64,000 nt of DNA from assembly GCF_009914755.1 (NCBI RefSeq), contig NC_060932.1; one strand, given 5' to 3'. The DNA comes from the human T2T-CHM13v2.0 reference genome, Homo sapiens. Below are positions 21,545-33,411 of the stretch, piece after piece. Positions within the stretch are counted from its first letter, which is position 1; every line of letters starts with the position of its first letter. The position numbers and the translations under genes were made by a program. The notes under the pieces were generated by a model. It searched no databases, had not been told where the DNA came from, and saw only the letters and a program-made list of their open reading frames with translations.

Positions 21545-21705
21545 ATTATAGTTCAAGTGTTCTCATCTCAAAAATAAAAAGTATATGAAGTAAGGCATAC
21601 GTTAATTAGCTCAATGTAGCCATTCCACAATGAACACATATTTCAAAACGTCATTTGTACATGATAAATATACATTACTTTTGTCTGTTTAAAAATAAAT
21701 GATTT
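21545..21705 (+). mobile_element. L1MA 3'-terminal fragment
   Basis: gttaattagctcaatgtagccattccacaatg...catatttcaaaac matches old L1MA tails. Confidence 0.7.
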
Positions 21706-23261
21706 AACTTAAAAAATCACAATCCATCAATTAATATATCCAGTCCTGGGTAACCAAAAAGAAATTAACTTCATTTTGATTAAGCTTCTTTGCTCCCTAT
21801 ACCTTGGACTTGTGGCAGATGGAGCAGAGGTGGGGCAGAGGTGAGATGGAGAAGTCGGTCTCCTTCCTTGTTTCCCTGCTAGTATTTCTGTTCATCCTCC
21901 CCTTTCTCACTGAGATCTCTATGAGCCTCCTGGGGTTACAAGTAGGAAGGATCAGAGGATCTGAATCCTCTTATTTTCCTAACACTAATTTGGCACTGGT
22001 TTCTAAGGGCTTTGACAGACAATTAAAGAAAGATGATTCTTTCACTCATAGGCCCTTTCATGGGCTCCACAGAGGTGTCCCCATCAGTTCCATTACTGTG
22101 GGTGACTGTGTCTCTCCAGCTGGCTGCTTACATTTCTGTCTCATGCTATGGGTATAGAACAGTACAGTTTCATCTTCTTTCCAAATGTCTCCTCACCTTT
22201 TGAGATTGGCCTCTTGGACAGCATGTAAGACCATGCCAAGCCAGAACTCCCTCACAAAAATCCTGCATTTAGTCAAATGAAAACACACCCATTTATTCAC
22301 CCTCTGTGGAAATGCAGTTTCTTTCAAAATGCAGTCCTTTGGGTTCACAATAGACATTTAAATACTTTATCCATCATTTTAATAATAATAATATATTATA
22401 TTCCGTAAGCTCCAAGGCATAGAAATCAATTTCTCTACATGATCTCTTTGAATTTCCTCAACCTAGACTCACAATGCTGATAAATAACTCTACACTCCTG
22501 ACACATGGAAGAGAGAACAACCCAGAAAACAACTCACTTCAAGGAAATCTTGATTTTACAGCAAAATAATTTCTGTTCAAATGTATGACTAATTTTCACT
22601 TGAAAACAAGGATAGGGACTCAGTTCCTCCAGCATTCAAACCAATGTTCATGTCGACTCTTGTACTGAGTTCTATGCTCAACACTTCTGTTTAATTTGTT
22701 TGTTATGACAGAGACTATCATAGAATCAGTATCTGACAAAATGGTGAAATAGGTAAACTTTTCTTCAGTAAATGTTAGATTAAAAAAAATTTTGGTTTGG
22801 TGTCCCTACTTGAATGCTGAATTCAAGGCAATATTTTAAAAAAAACAACAACATATTTTCTGTAATTATGAATTCATAGCAGAACATACTACCTAAGTCA
22901 ATTTAAAAAGAACTTATAGTGGATTTGGGACAAGTAAAAGGCAGCATTAGAACAAACCATGAAACTCTTGAATCCAGTGCTGTGCTCTTTCTGCTAAATA
23001 CCATGGCTTGGTCTCTGTTCAAAATGAGTTGGTACATATCCTGTAAATGACAGGATAGAGCCTTCTATTCTTTCATCATTACTCTGTCACAGCCTCCAGG
23101 CTTGCTTGATTAATAAATGATGTCTACAGCATTTTCTATCCAACAATTCACAGAAAGTGGGGGGTTCACAGAAGGTTGTTCCATAGAACCATCTCCTTAG
23201 AGGCTCAAGATACACATAGGATCATATTGGTTATTTGTATAAACTTCTTGTGAAACAAAAT

Positions 23262-23900
23262 TTATTCATTTTGTCATCTGTCCAAAAAGTATTCATTGAG
23301 ATCTTCCAAGTGCCAGGAGGAAACCATGTAATCTCTCTGACTATAATGACTATAAAACGTTTTCATGATCCCTGTTCTCATGGAGTATTCTATTAGTGAG
23401 TCAGGCTCTAAGCAAATGACAAAGTGAATACATAAAATTACATTTCTGTCAGGTCCTATGAAGAAGGAACATTTAGTACTAATGCTGTATGTTTGGGACC
23501 TTGAACTAGTTATCGAATTAAGGAACAAGAATTTCCTGAGGAAGTGATGCTGGACCAGAAACACAAAGCAAAATAGTAAGCAGTAACTACATGAAAAGCA
23601 GAGGGAAGGGTGTTCCTGCAGCTTCACTGACACTTTTACCAAGGTAATGGGCCTGTGTGCTACAGTAAAAAGGGCGAGGGGCTATCTGGTACCAAATCCA
23701 ATTGGAAGGGCAACTAAGGGTCAGACCTTGCAGGACATTTCTGACAAAGGTATGGAATTTATTCATAGTAATGGAACATTAAAGTGTTTTTAGTGGGGAT
23801 GTGACATAATTGGATTTAGGTTATCAAAAGATCATTTAGTTGCTCTATGGAGGGATAAGAGAGGAAGGCCATAGCTGATGAAGATTAAGAGGCTGAATCA
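23262..23900 (-). mobile_element. L2 3' portion
   Basis: ttattcatt...aagtattcattgagatcttccaagtgccagg...cctgttctcatggag...aaaagatcattt. Confidence 0.55.
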
Positions 23901-26089
23901 AGAGTCCACGCAAATTCTTGCATGCTTCATTGCTGCCTAAAGATAAAACATCTCGTTTTGACTATATTATTTTATTTTTATCTCATTATCTTCAAAAGAT
24001 TAGTTTGGTCTTTCTAGATATGTCAGAAGAAATACCATGATGACAAAATAATCAGAACATCCATCTTAGGCCAAGACTTAAGAATAATATATTTTCACCT
24101 AAATAGTAAAGCAATGCCATTAAATACCTTAGACTTCCCTTGAGGTTAACTAGAAGTTGTGATGGCTTCCGAATGTGGTTGCTTAACATACAGATAATAC
24201 AGTGAGTAATAAAAACAATGGTGGATTCTCTACTCTTGTTCTAGGAAAAGTATAAAGTTTGTAAGATTTAAAGTCATTTAATTTTTCATATATGTATATG
24301 TATACACATTTACATAGCCCAGATGTTAGCAAATTGCATGTTAAGAAGTTTGCAAAGTCAATCTGTTGTAAAACATGAAGAAAACCACAAATTCAGCTAA
24401 TGGGATCAATAAAGACAATGTGGAATTTTAAGAATGAGGACTAAAACTATTAACCCTTTTGGAATTTGGATTTATTCCAATTTTCAGGAGCAATATTATC
24501 AATTCCCTCGTAAGTTCTTAGTGAATTTAAATCTATTAATTAAAAACTATGGCTGTTAAAAATGTTAGTAAACATCATTTTAATTGTTTAAAATATTATA
24601 ATATAAATCTATCATCAAATAACACCATTTATTATACTTTAAAATAACTGAATTTATGTAAACTTCATAAATAATGCTTTTTTATCTCTTACCTATAGAG
24701 CAGGGAGAAACATAACAAAATAAAATAAAGATTAGTTGTATTAAAGTGAAAAGGTTTTTAAAAATAGTTCACTATGATTTCACAAATGTACTTTTTCCTA
24801 AAATTAAATTTTTATTTACTTTTAATCTCTGTGACAGTTATTTAGATATTGTAAATGTATGACCTTGTTTTGGCTTTGGGTATGAGACCACACCATTTCA
24901 TTGAACATAATATAAATTGGAACTTTTCCAAACATGGCTGTTAATAAAAAAATAAACACAGCTTCATAAAACACCCAAATGGTTTTCTGTAACACATCTT
25001 TTCCAATACTGATCTCATACTATGCTCTACCTTGCTATTAGTTTCTGCTGAAATAGCTTAGTGTTGGGGGTGGGGTGCAGGAAATAGGCTTGTTTATCAT
25101 CAAAGAGAAATGAACTGTAAATTGTAGGAGAGAAGTACACTTGGTCGATTCCAGATGCTAAGCATTCAATTCAATTTCAAATTTTATCATGGAACATTTT
25201 TTCTACAATTCTCCTTTGCTAAATCTATAATTTCCATCAGCACTCAAGTGAAACTGACATCTATGTGAGGCTTTTTATTTCGTCCCAAGACAGGCATCAC
25301 TGTTGTGTGCCTAATTAGGCAAACTATTTAAATATTACACTGTCATTAATTAGCCATCTTATTACATATATGGAGCAGTAGTTAATTTTGTGTAACTGCC
25401 TCTACTTACATTTAATAGTTCAACTCTTTGCATTCTTGTGTTTAAAGAGAAACCCCTTTCTCATGGAGAAGAAAATTGAGCAACTGGGTAAATAACTGGT
25501 AAATAACACTTCAGATTGATAATTTTGTTTTATGTTTGTCACGGTACAACAAATAATACCTTCCCAGCTTATGAAGAAAACAAAAGTGCATTTTCAATGA
25601 TTCTGAAGGAAATTAAAGATTCTCATATTTTTATTTTTCAGTCAAGCTACCTCAGTTCCTTTCATATTAAAACAGATGAAATTAAAATGAAAAACATGTA
25701 TAACAGATCAAAGAAAAATATTCAATATTCACTGAGATAAACACCTCTGAGAAGTAAAAAGAGCAAAGTATAATGGCATTTTAGCTTTGAAGGTTTATTT
25801 TTGAATGCACAAATATGCTTATTACAAATATCCTACATTAATTTCCATTTACCTTCCAAAGAGACATGTTGAGAAAATGAGAGACAGTTAATGCACTGAA
25901 GAAAGTAATTAATAAGTATGTGTTTTTAAACATACAGCTTAAAATACTTCTCAGAATCTCTAAATAAGACAAAAATATAGGCATTCATTCAATAAAACTT
26001 AAATTATTTAAAGATTTGGAGAAAAAAATATTTAAATTAAATCAAGTAATAAACATGAAAGAGCAAGAGGGAACAAATTTACATTACTG

Positions 26090-27540
26090 ACTTAAAAATT
26101 AAAACTGAGAAAAATATATATAATAACTGTTTTAAAACATTAGACCAGGTCTATGAAGAACTGTGATCTAAGAGAGGAGAAAAACTAAGAAGGAGAGCCC
26201 TATTATCACTTGGCTTTCTCTAAGGAGATACATTCCGGACCATAGAATAAGGAGAGGGATTACAAGTAGAGCATAGTGTTTCTTTCAGCTCAGTACATAG
26301 AATTCAGGAAGCATGAGCAATGGAATGTTAGTCATAGGGCAAAGTTCTAGAGAGGAGGAAGCTCTGCAGAAGAAAAGGACTCAAAAGATTTACATTAGAT
26401 TCTCTTCATTAGTGTTTGCTAAATACTAATAAATGCATGCAATTGGATGAAATTTCATGAAGTCACATAAAGAGGAATGTGTAAGATGAATGGTTCCAAC
26501 AAAGCACACAGGGCTGAGATTTGTTCAGGTACCACTAGCTAGAATATAGAGTCCACTTTGAATGGAGTATTCAGTAGAAATCTCAAAAGGGGTGCACTTC
26601 AGTAGAGAGGGTAAACTATGCCTAGAGTTAAGGCCACTTAAAAATGCAATACTTAAAGCTTAAAAACAAATCTCAAAAGACACAAACTGAACCAAAAGTA
26701 ATTTTAATACATACATACTAGAAGAAAGCTCAAGATTCCTTAAAGATAACTAAATCCAGACACTAAATATCTTAAAATTCACAATGTTCAATATACAGTT
26801 AAAAAAAAAAGTACTAGCCATGTCAATAAACATAAAGATGTGACTCATAACCAAGAGAAAAATCATTAGAAACAGACCAAAACATATGGAGATGATGGAA
26901 TTAGAAAATAAGGACTTTATAGCAGATATAACTATATTCAACTACTTAAAACAAGGGTTAGCACACTATACCCCAGACTAAATCTGGCTTATAGACTTTT
27001 TTTTTGTTTTGCCTGTGATCTAGTAATGATTTTTATATTTTTAAAGGATTGTAAAAACAAACGAACCAAAATCAAAGATGAATACATGTTAGAGAATATA
27101 TAACCACAGCAAAGCCTAAAATATTTACTATTTAGCCCTTTTCAGAAAAACTGAACTCAGTGACCACAGTGAGGAAAGAAAGGGAAGATATGAAAAGATG
27201 ACCACATGAAACGTTAAGAGACACAAAATATATTACTAGAAATTAAAAAAAAAATACTCAATGGGCCTCATAGAAGAGTAGACAGTACAAAAGAAAACAC
27301 AGTGGACTTAAACACATGGCAATAGAAACTATTCAGAATGCAGCTAAGAGAAAAGCAAGATTTCTTTTTAAAGAACAGATATCCCCTATAGGAAAATACC
27401 AAACAGTTGAATATGTGTTATTGAAGTTCCAAAAAGGTTGTGGAGCAGGGGCAAGCATGGAAAACTATGGAAAGATTAATGGTCAAAGGATTTACAAATT
27501 TGATGAAAATATAAAATCCATAGTTACAAAAGGCTTAGAG
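26090..27540 (+). mobile_element. Very old L1M 5'/ORF1 remnant
   Basis: A-rich tract with atgtgactcataaccaagagaaaaatca and gagatgatggaattag, typical of old L1M ORF1. Confidence 0.55.
26952..27155 (+). mobile_element. MER58-family (hAT-Charlie) MITE
   Basis: caagggttagcacactat...gcaaagcctaaaatatttactatttagcccttttcagaaaaa. Confidence 0.75.
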
Positions 27541-27555
27541 TTGTTTGCATCTTGA

Positions 27556-27720
27556 TGTGGTAGAGACGACTAGCTGAGATCCGAAATTCATGTTCCACTT
27601 CCATTTATGAGGTGTTGCTGGGAGGCAGCTGCCAGCCAGGACAAATATTTTAGTGCTTTTCACATCTAAGTGAGGCCATGTAGCTGAATTCTGATTAATA
27701 AGTTGTCAGTGAATTGAGAT
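27556..27720 (+). mobile_element. LTR33-like LTR 5' fragment
   Basis: tgtggtagagacgactagct...gtgaggccatgtagctgaattctg. Confidence 0.5.
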
Positions 27721-27764
27721 AGAATTGCAATCTTTGTTATCCACATTCTTTATTCTCTTTCTTT

Positions 27765-28028
27765 TTTTTTCTGTTTTTGTAAAATAGCTTTATTGAGATA
27801 TAACTCACATGTGTTCACCCATTGAAAGTGTACAATTCAATGCCTTTTAGTATATTCAGAGTTGTATAACCATCACCACAATGAATTTTAGAACATTTTC
27901 ATCACCCCAAAATGAAATCTCACACCTTTTAATCGTCCCCTCCAATTCACCTATGCTCCCTTCCCCCTGGGCCTTAGACAACCATGAATCCACCACAGGC
28001 TCTATAGATTTGCCTATTCTGAACATCT
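27765..28028 (-). mobile_element. L1MB/MC 3'-end fragment
   Basis: tagctttattgagatataactcacat...gtgtacaattcaatg...ctatagatttgcctattctgaacat. Confidence 0.8.
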
Positions 28029-28196
28029 CCAAACCTGCCAAAGCTATGCCATTAAAAGGCACTACAGCAAAGAGCATCATGCAAGTCGCATCACACTGGG
28101 GGCCTGGCACAGAAGTGGTGGTGGTGGCATCAGGCAGGGCCTGATCCATGGGGTCCAGGGTGACCATGTGGGTCATGCAAACGGCATTACACAATA

Positions 28197-28322
28197 TGCC
28201 ATGCCTGGCTAAGTTTTGTGTAGAAAAGGGGTTTCACCATATTGCCCAGGCTGGTCTTGAACTCCTGTTCTGCCTTGGCCTCCAAAAGTGCTGGGATTAC
28301 AGGTGCAAGCCATCAGGCCCAG
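28197..28322 (-). mobile_element. Alu left-arm fragment
   Basis: gccatgcctggctaa...gggtttcaccatattgcccaggctggtcttgaactcctg...aaagtgctgggattacagg. Confidence 0.8.
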
Positions 28323-28342
28323 TCCCTTGAATACTGTTATGC

Positions 28343-28630
28343 AATTGTCCCCCAGTTTCCGCCAGGTATTGGTTCTAGGATCTATTATGATACTAAAATG
28401 TGAGTATGCTCATGTACTGTAGTTGACCCTGCAGAACCCATGGAAATGAAAAGTCAGCCCACCCTATACACAGGTTTCACATCCCATACTGTATTTTCCA
28501 ACCATGTTTCATTGTGGATGTGGAACCCTCTGATAGGGAGGGCTGACTGTATTTATTGAAAAACAAAACAAAACAAGGGTTGTGTTAGTAGACCCATGCA
28601 GTTCAAACCCTTGTTGTTCATGGGTCAAGT
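28343..28630. mobile_element. TcMar-Tigger MITE (MER2B/MER8-like)
   Basis: Tigger-type termini (caattgtccc...; gcagttcaaacccttgttgttcatgggtcaa) with internal aaaagtcagccc and gagggctgactgta motifs. Confidence 0.7.
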
Positions 28631-29065
28631 TTCTATCTGGATGGAGGCTGTGTTCTTGGGCAGCTTCAATGGCTATATGTTTATGATGGCAGAGTCTCTT
28701 TTCTACTTCAGTATTTAAAATGTCTGCCTCCCTCTCACTGTAAACTTCATAAAGGCAGGGCTTATGTCCCTTTTTGTTCATATTATATCTGTTACTTAAA
28801 ACTACTATACCTACATATATAGTAGGGACTCCAAGTGAATTTATTGAATTAAACATGAAATGAACAAATAAATGAATATAAGTATTTAAATTGATCATCA
28901 ATTTGGATTCTGATCTCTGAGAATCTACAGAATAGAATAAACAGAATTTCAAAGAATACATCACAGTTCAAAAACATAGGAATAGTATGTTAAATGGAGC
29001 AAAAAGTCAAAACAAAGTAAAACAATGGGGTGAGTTGCTAAATACATTTTAAGAACAAGATATGA

Positions 29066-29401
<336 letters not shown>

Positions 29402-29529
29402 CTACCTCTGTTCAGCAAGTGGAAATTGTTAATTAATTTATATTCTCCATCCTTAATTTCAAGAAAGGGCAACATAACTATTCGCAGATTCCAGAACTGT
29501 GTATGTAGGACATTTTTTTAAAGTCATTG

Positions 29530-30120
29530 ATAAAATACCAAACTTAATGAGTGAATTTAGCAGTACAACTAAATAGAAGGAAATATACAAAAACATATCA
29601 GAGACAAACAATTAGACTGACATTTTTAAAATACCATTTTTAATATAATAAAATTTCATATACCTAGGAATGAAGGCACTAAGACATGAAAAAGCTGGGT
29701 AAAGCTCTACTCAAAATATTTTAAAGCATTCTTGAGAGAAAATACAAAAGACCTATGTAAACAAATGAATATGCTGTCTCCCAAATTAATCTATGGCTTT
29801 AGAATAGTCACAATCAAAATACTGGCAAATGTGCATGTGTAAATTGACAAGCTGATTTTTTAATTTCCTGGAAATGCAAAGAGCTAAGTCTAACTCAAAC
29901 AATCATAAAGAAGAATATACAGCTGAAAAACAACCAGATTTCAGACTTATTATACAGCTGCCATAATCAAAACAATGGAGAATTAAAAACAAGTATAGAA
30001 GAGTTAACCAATGGAACATAATGAAGAGTTCAGATAAAGACTCACACATATTCATGACAACAGCAACGCTTGATTTATGACAACAGCAACACTGTAGAAC
30101 GGTGAGGATAAAACATCTTT
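29530..30120 (+). mobile_element. Old L1M ORF2 remnant
   Basis: atacctaggaat, aaattgacaagctgatt and ccagatttcagacttattatacagct are L1 ORF2 3' motifs. Confidence 0.65.
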
Positions 30121-30121
30121 T

Positions 30122-32047
30122 CCAATTCTGGCCCTGAAAAATTAATGTCTTTCTCTCATTCAAAATACATTCATACCATTCCAATAGCTCTAATAGTCTT
30201 AGCTAATTCTAGTATCAAGTCGGAAGTCTAAAGTCAAGAGTCCTATTTCGATATCATCTAAATCAGCCATGGATGAGACTCAAGGTATCATTTGTGCAGA
30301 GGCAAATTGCCCTCTGACTGTGAACCTCTGAAATCAAAAATGATATCTGCTTCTAAAATACAATGGTCAGACAGACATAGGATAGACATTCCCATTCCAA
30401 TAGGGAGAAACAGGAAAGAAGAAAGGGGTAACAAGTAAGACTGAAATCTAACAAGGCAAACAATATTATGTCTTATAGCTCAAGAATAATATTCTTTGGC
30501 TCAATGTTTACCCTCCAGGGACTGAGATTGGGTTCCTAAGGCTTCAAGCAGCCTTGCTCCCGTGACAGTTCTGTGTTGTGGCCCTATCTTCAAATCGGCT
30601 CTGTGCCTGGAGCTCTCCAAAGCTGAAATCACATACCCAACAGTCTACTGGTCTGGATTCTCTGGGGTGGTCCTGCTCCCATGGCTCCACTGGACACTGA
30701 CTTAGTGGAAACTCTTCATGGTGGCTTCACTTCCAGGGCAGTTTTCTTTCTGAGTTCCACAGCTTTCTTTACAGGGCATCCTTTGCAATCTAAATGAAGG
30801 CAGCCATGACCCCATAACTTTGCTAGACATAGCCCATGTCGTTCTAGGACCCACCAAAGCTACACCAGGAGTGGCTGAGAAGCACGGAAACAGAGTGCAG
30901 GCAGCAAGAGCTGAGTTTCCATAAGTATTCCCAGTCCCTTCTTTGAAATTGTTCTCCTCCCCAGGCTCTTGTAGCCTGGCCTTATGATGGGAATGGCAGC
31001 CCCATGATCTCCAAATTGCCTTTGACATCATTCTTCCACTTTCTCAATTAATAGCACCAGGCTGATCCATATTAATCTCTTTATCAAAGGGTCACCTGAC
31101 CACACCCTTCCTGTTCTCTCCTGTACACATCTTCATTTTTTATAATATGGACAGTTATACAATTTTCTAAATCCTTAAGTTCCACTTCCCTTTATTAAAA
31201 ATTCCATCTTTCTATCATTTCTTTCTTTTCCTATTTTATTATAAGCTTCAAGAGAAGCAAAGTCACACTTTCAACACCTTCAACACTTTGCTTAGAAATT
31301 TCTCCATGCAAATATCCTACATCATTAACCAGAACTTCTATCTTTCATAAAACACTAGGACATGAACAATATGCAGCCAAGGTATTTGCCACTTTATAAC
31401 AAGGATCACCTTTTCTCTAGTTTCTAATAACATGTTCCTAATGTCCATCTGAGACCTCATCAGAATCGCTTTTACCATCCATATTTCTACATTTTTTTAA
31501 TGACTAAGTTTTTACCTAAGAAGATTGAGGCTTTCTCTACATCTCCCCTCTTCTCTTTCTGAACCCTCACCAAGATTGCCCTTAATGAATGGATATTCAC
31601 AGTAATGCAGGCTTTTTCAGCATGTACCTCAAAACCCTTCCAGCCTCTATTTGTTACCTAGTTCTGAAGATGCTTCCACATGTTTAGGTATTGTTGCAGT
31701 AGCATCCTTACTTCTTGGTACCAGTTTTCTGTTTTAGTCTATTCAAGCTATTATTTCTTACAGATCTGGAGGCTGGGAAATCCAAGATGAAGGCACTGGC
31801 AGATTCAGTAACTGGTGAGGACCCACTTTGTGGTTCAGAGATGGTGCCTTCTTGCTGTGTACTTATGTGGTAGAAGGGTTGAATGAGCTCCTGTGGGCCT
31901 ATTTTATAAGGGCACTATTCCCATTCATGAGAGTTCTGCCCTCAAGACCTAATCACCTCCCAAAAAGTCCAACCTCCTAATATCATCACTATGGAGAGAG
32001 GATTTCAATGTATGAATTTTGGGGGAACATAAATTTAGACCACAGCA
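30122..32047 (-). mobile_element. MLT1A-like MaLR provirus: internal region (30122-31729) plus one LTR (31730-32047)
   Basis: MaLR internal motifs (caaaatacattc; aaaatacaatggt...cataggatagacattcccattcc; ggtaccagttttct junction) abut an MLT1A-type LTR; there is no second LTR on the left. Confidence 0.8.
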
Positions 32048-32119
32048 TGGGACAAGGGAAAAAGACAGGATTGAAGTCATGGTCTTTGTCATTCCCAGGT
32101 CAGAAGTTTTCAAAGAATT

Positions 32120-33165
32120 TTTAAATTAAATATTGTTTTAATCAACAAATCATGATTATATATATATTTATGGGGTACAGCGTGATGTTTTATAATATGT
32201 TTACTATGTGGGATAATTAAATCAAGCCAATTAACCTATCCATCACTTCTATTATTTATCATTTTTGGAGATGAGACATTTGAAATTTACTATGACTTAT
32301 TTTGAAATATACATTGTTATTGCCTGTAGACTCCCTGCTGTGCAATAGATCTTAAAACTTATTCTAGTTTATCTGAAACTTTTTACCTTTTAGCCAGTGA
32401 CTATTCACTTTCCCCCTCCGCCCCCACAATCCACCAATCTTATTCACATTTCCCCAGTTTTGCTTGTATTTATTTACTGTGTGTTTAGTTCTATGCAAGT
32501 TTATCGCATGTGTCGATTTGAGCGTCTACCATTGCAGTCAATATACAGAACGGGCCCATCACTACAAGAATTCCTAGCGTTGCTCCTTTTATTTATGTAT
32601 TTATTTATTTATTTTTTGAGAGGGAGTCTCGCTTTGTCGCTCAGGCTGGAGTACAGAGGTGTGATCTCAGCTCACTGCAGCCTCTGCTTCCGAGTTCAAG
32701 TGATTCCCCTGCCTCAGCTTGCTGAGTAGCTGAGTTTACAGGCGCCTGCCACCATGCCTGGCTAATTTTTGTATTTTAGTATAGACAGGGTTTCACCATG
32801 TTTGTCAGGCTGGTCTCGAACTCCTGACCTCTAAACGATCTGCCCGCCTCAGCCTCCCAAAGTGCTGGGATTACAGGCAGGAGCCACTGCGCCTGGCTGT
32901 GTTGCTCTTTTTAAAGTACACTGACTTCCCTTCTTCTTCTTCTTACTCCCTAATCCCTGGCAATCATTTACTTATCTGCCTTTCATTTTCAAGATTTTCA
33001 TTTCAAAATGTCTTATAAAATGAAATGATACAGTATATAATCTTTTGGGGTTTACATTTTTTCGCTCAGCTGGAGATCTCTCCAAGTTATTGCATATTTC
33101 AATAGTTTATACCATTTTATTGCTGAGTAATATTCCATGGTATGTATGTGATTACAGTTTTTGAG
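32120..33165 (-). mobile_element. L1M 3'-end fragments, interrupted by an Alu
   Basis: tatatttatggggtacag...atcaagccaattaac...ctgtgcaatagatc; ttttattgctgagtaatattccatggtatg. Confidence 0.65.
32591..32898 (-). mobile_element. AluS (Sx/Sz-like) with (ATTT)n tail and TSD
   Basis: Full reverse-oriented Alu; TSD gcgttgctcctttt (32577-32590) and gtgttgctcttttt (32899-32912). Confidence 0.9.
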
Positions 33166-33301
33166 AATGCATCTTTTAAAATGAGGTTGGATACCAAGAA
33201 TTGACTACAAATTACCCTAGGATAAGAGCTTGCCAGTTCAATGACTTTGGTCTGCAACCAGACCTCTCAGAATGCAATGATATACACAACTGACCCAATA
33301 A

Positions 33302-33302
<1 letters not shown>

Positions 33303-33361
<59 letters not shown>

Positions 33362-33377
33362 CACACACACACACACA

Positions 33378-33408
<31 letters not shown>
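33303..33408. repeat. Compound microsatellite: (AT)25 followed by (AC)n tracts
   Basis: Read directly from the sequence. Confidence 0.97.

Positions 33409-33411
<3 letters not shown>

Noticed and set aside
21730-22550. 117-aa ORF in a moderately GC-richer segment
   Set aside because: It starts at TTG and has no recognisable domain or splice context. It may be an old LTR relic, but I cannot support a call; the same applies to 33410-34060.
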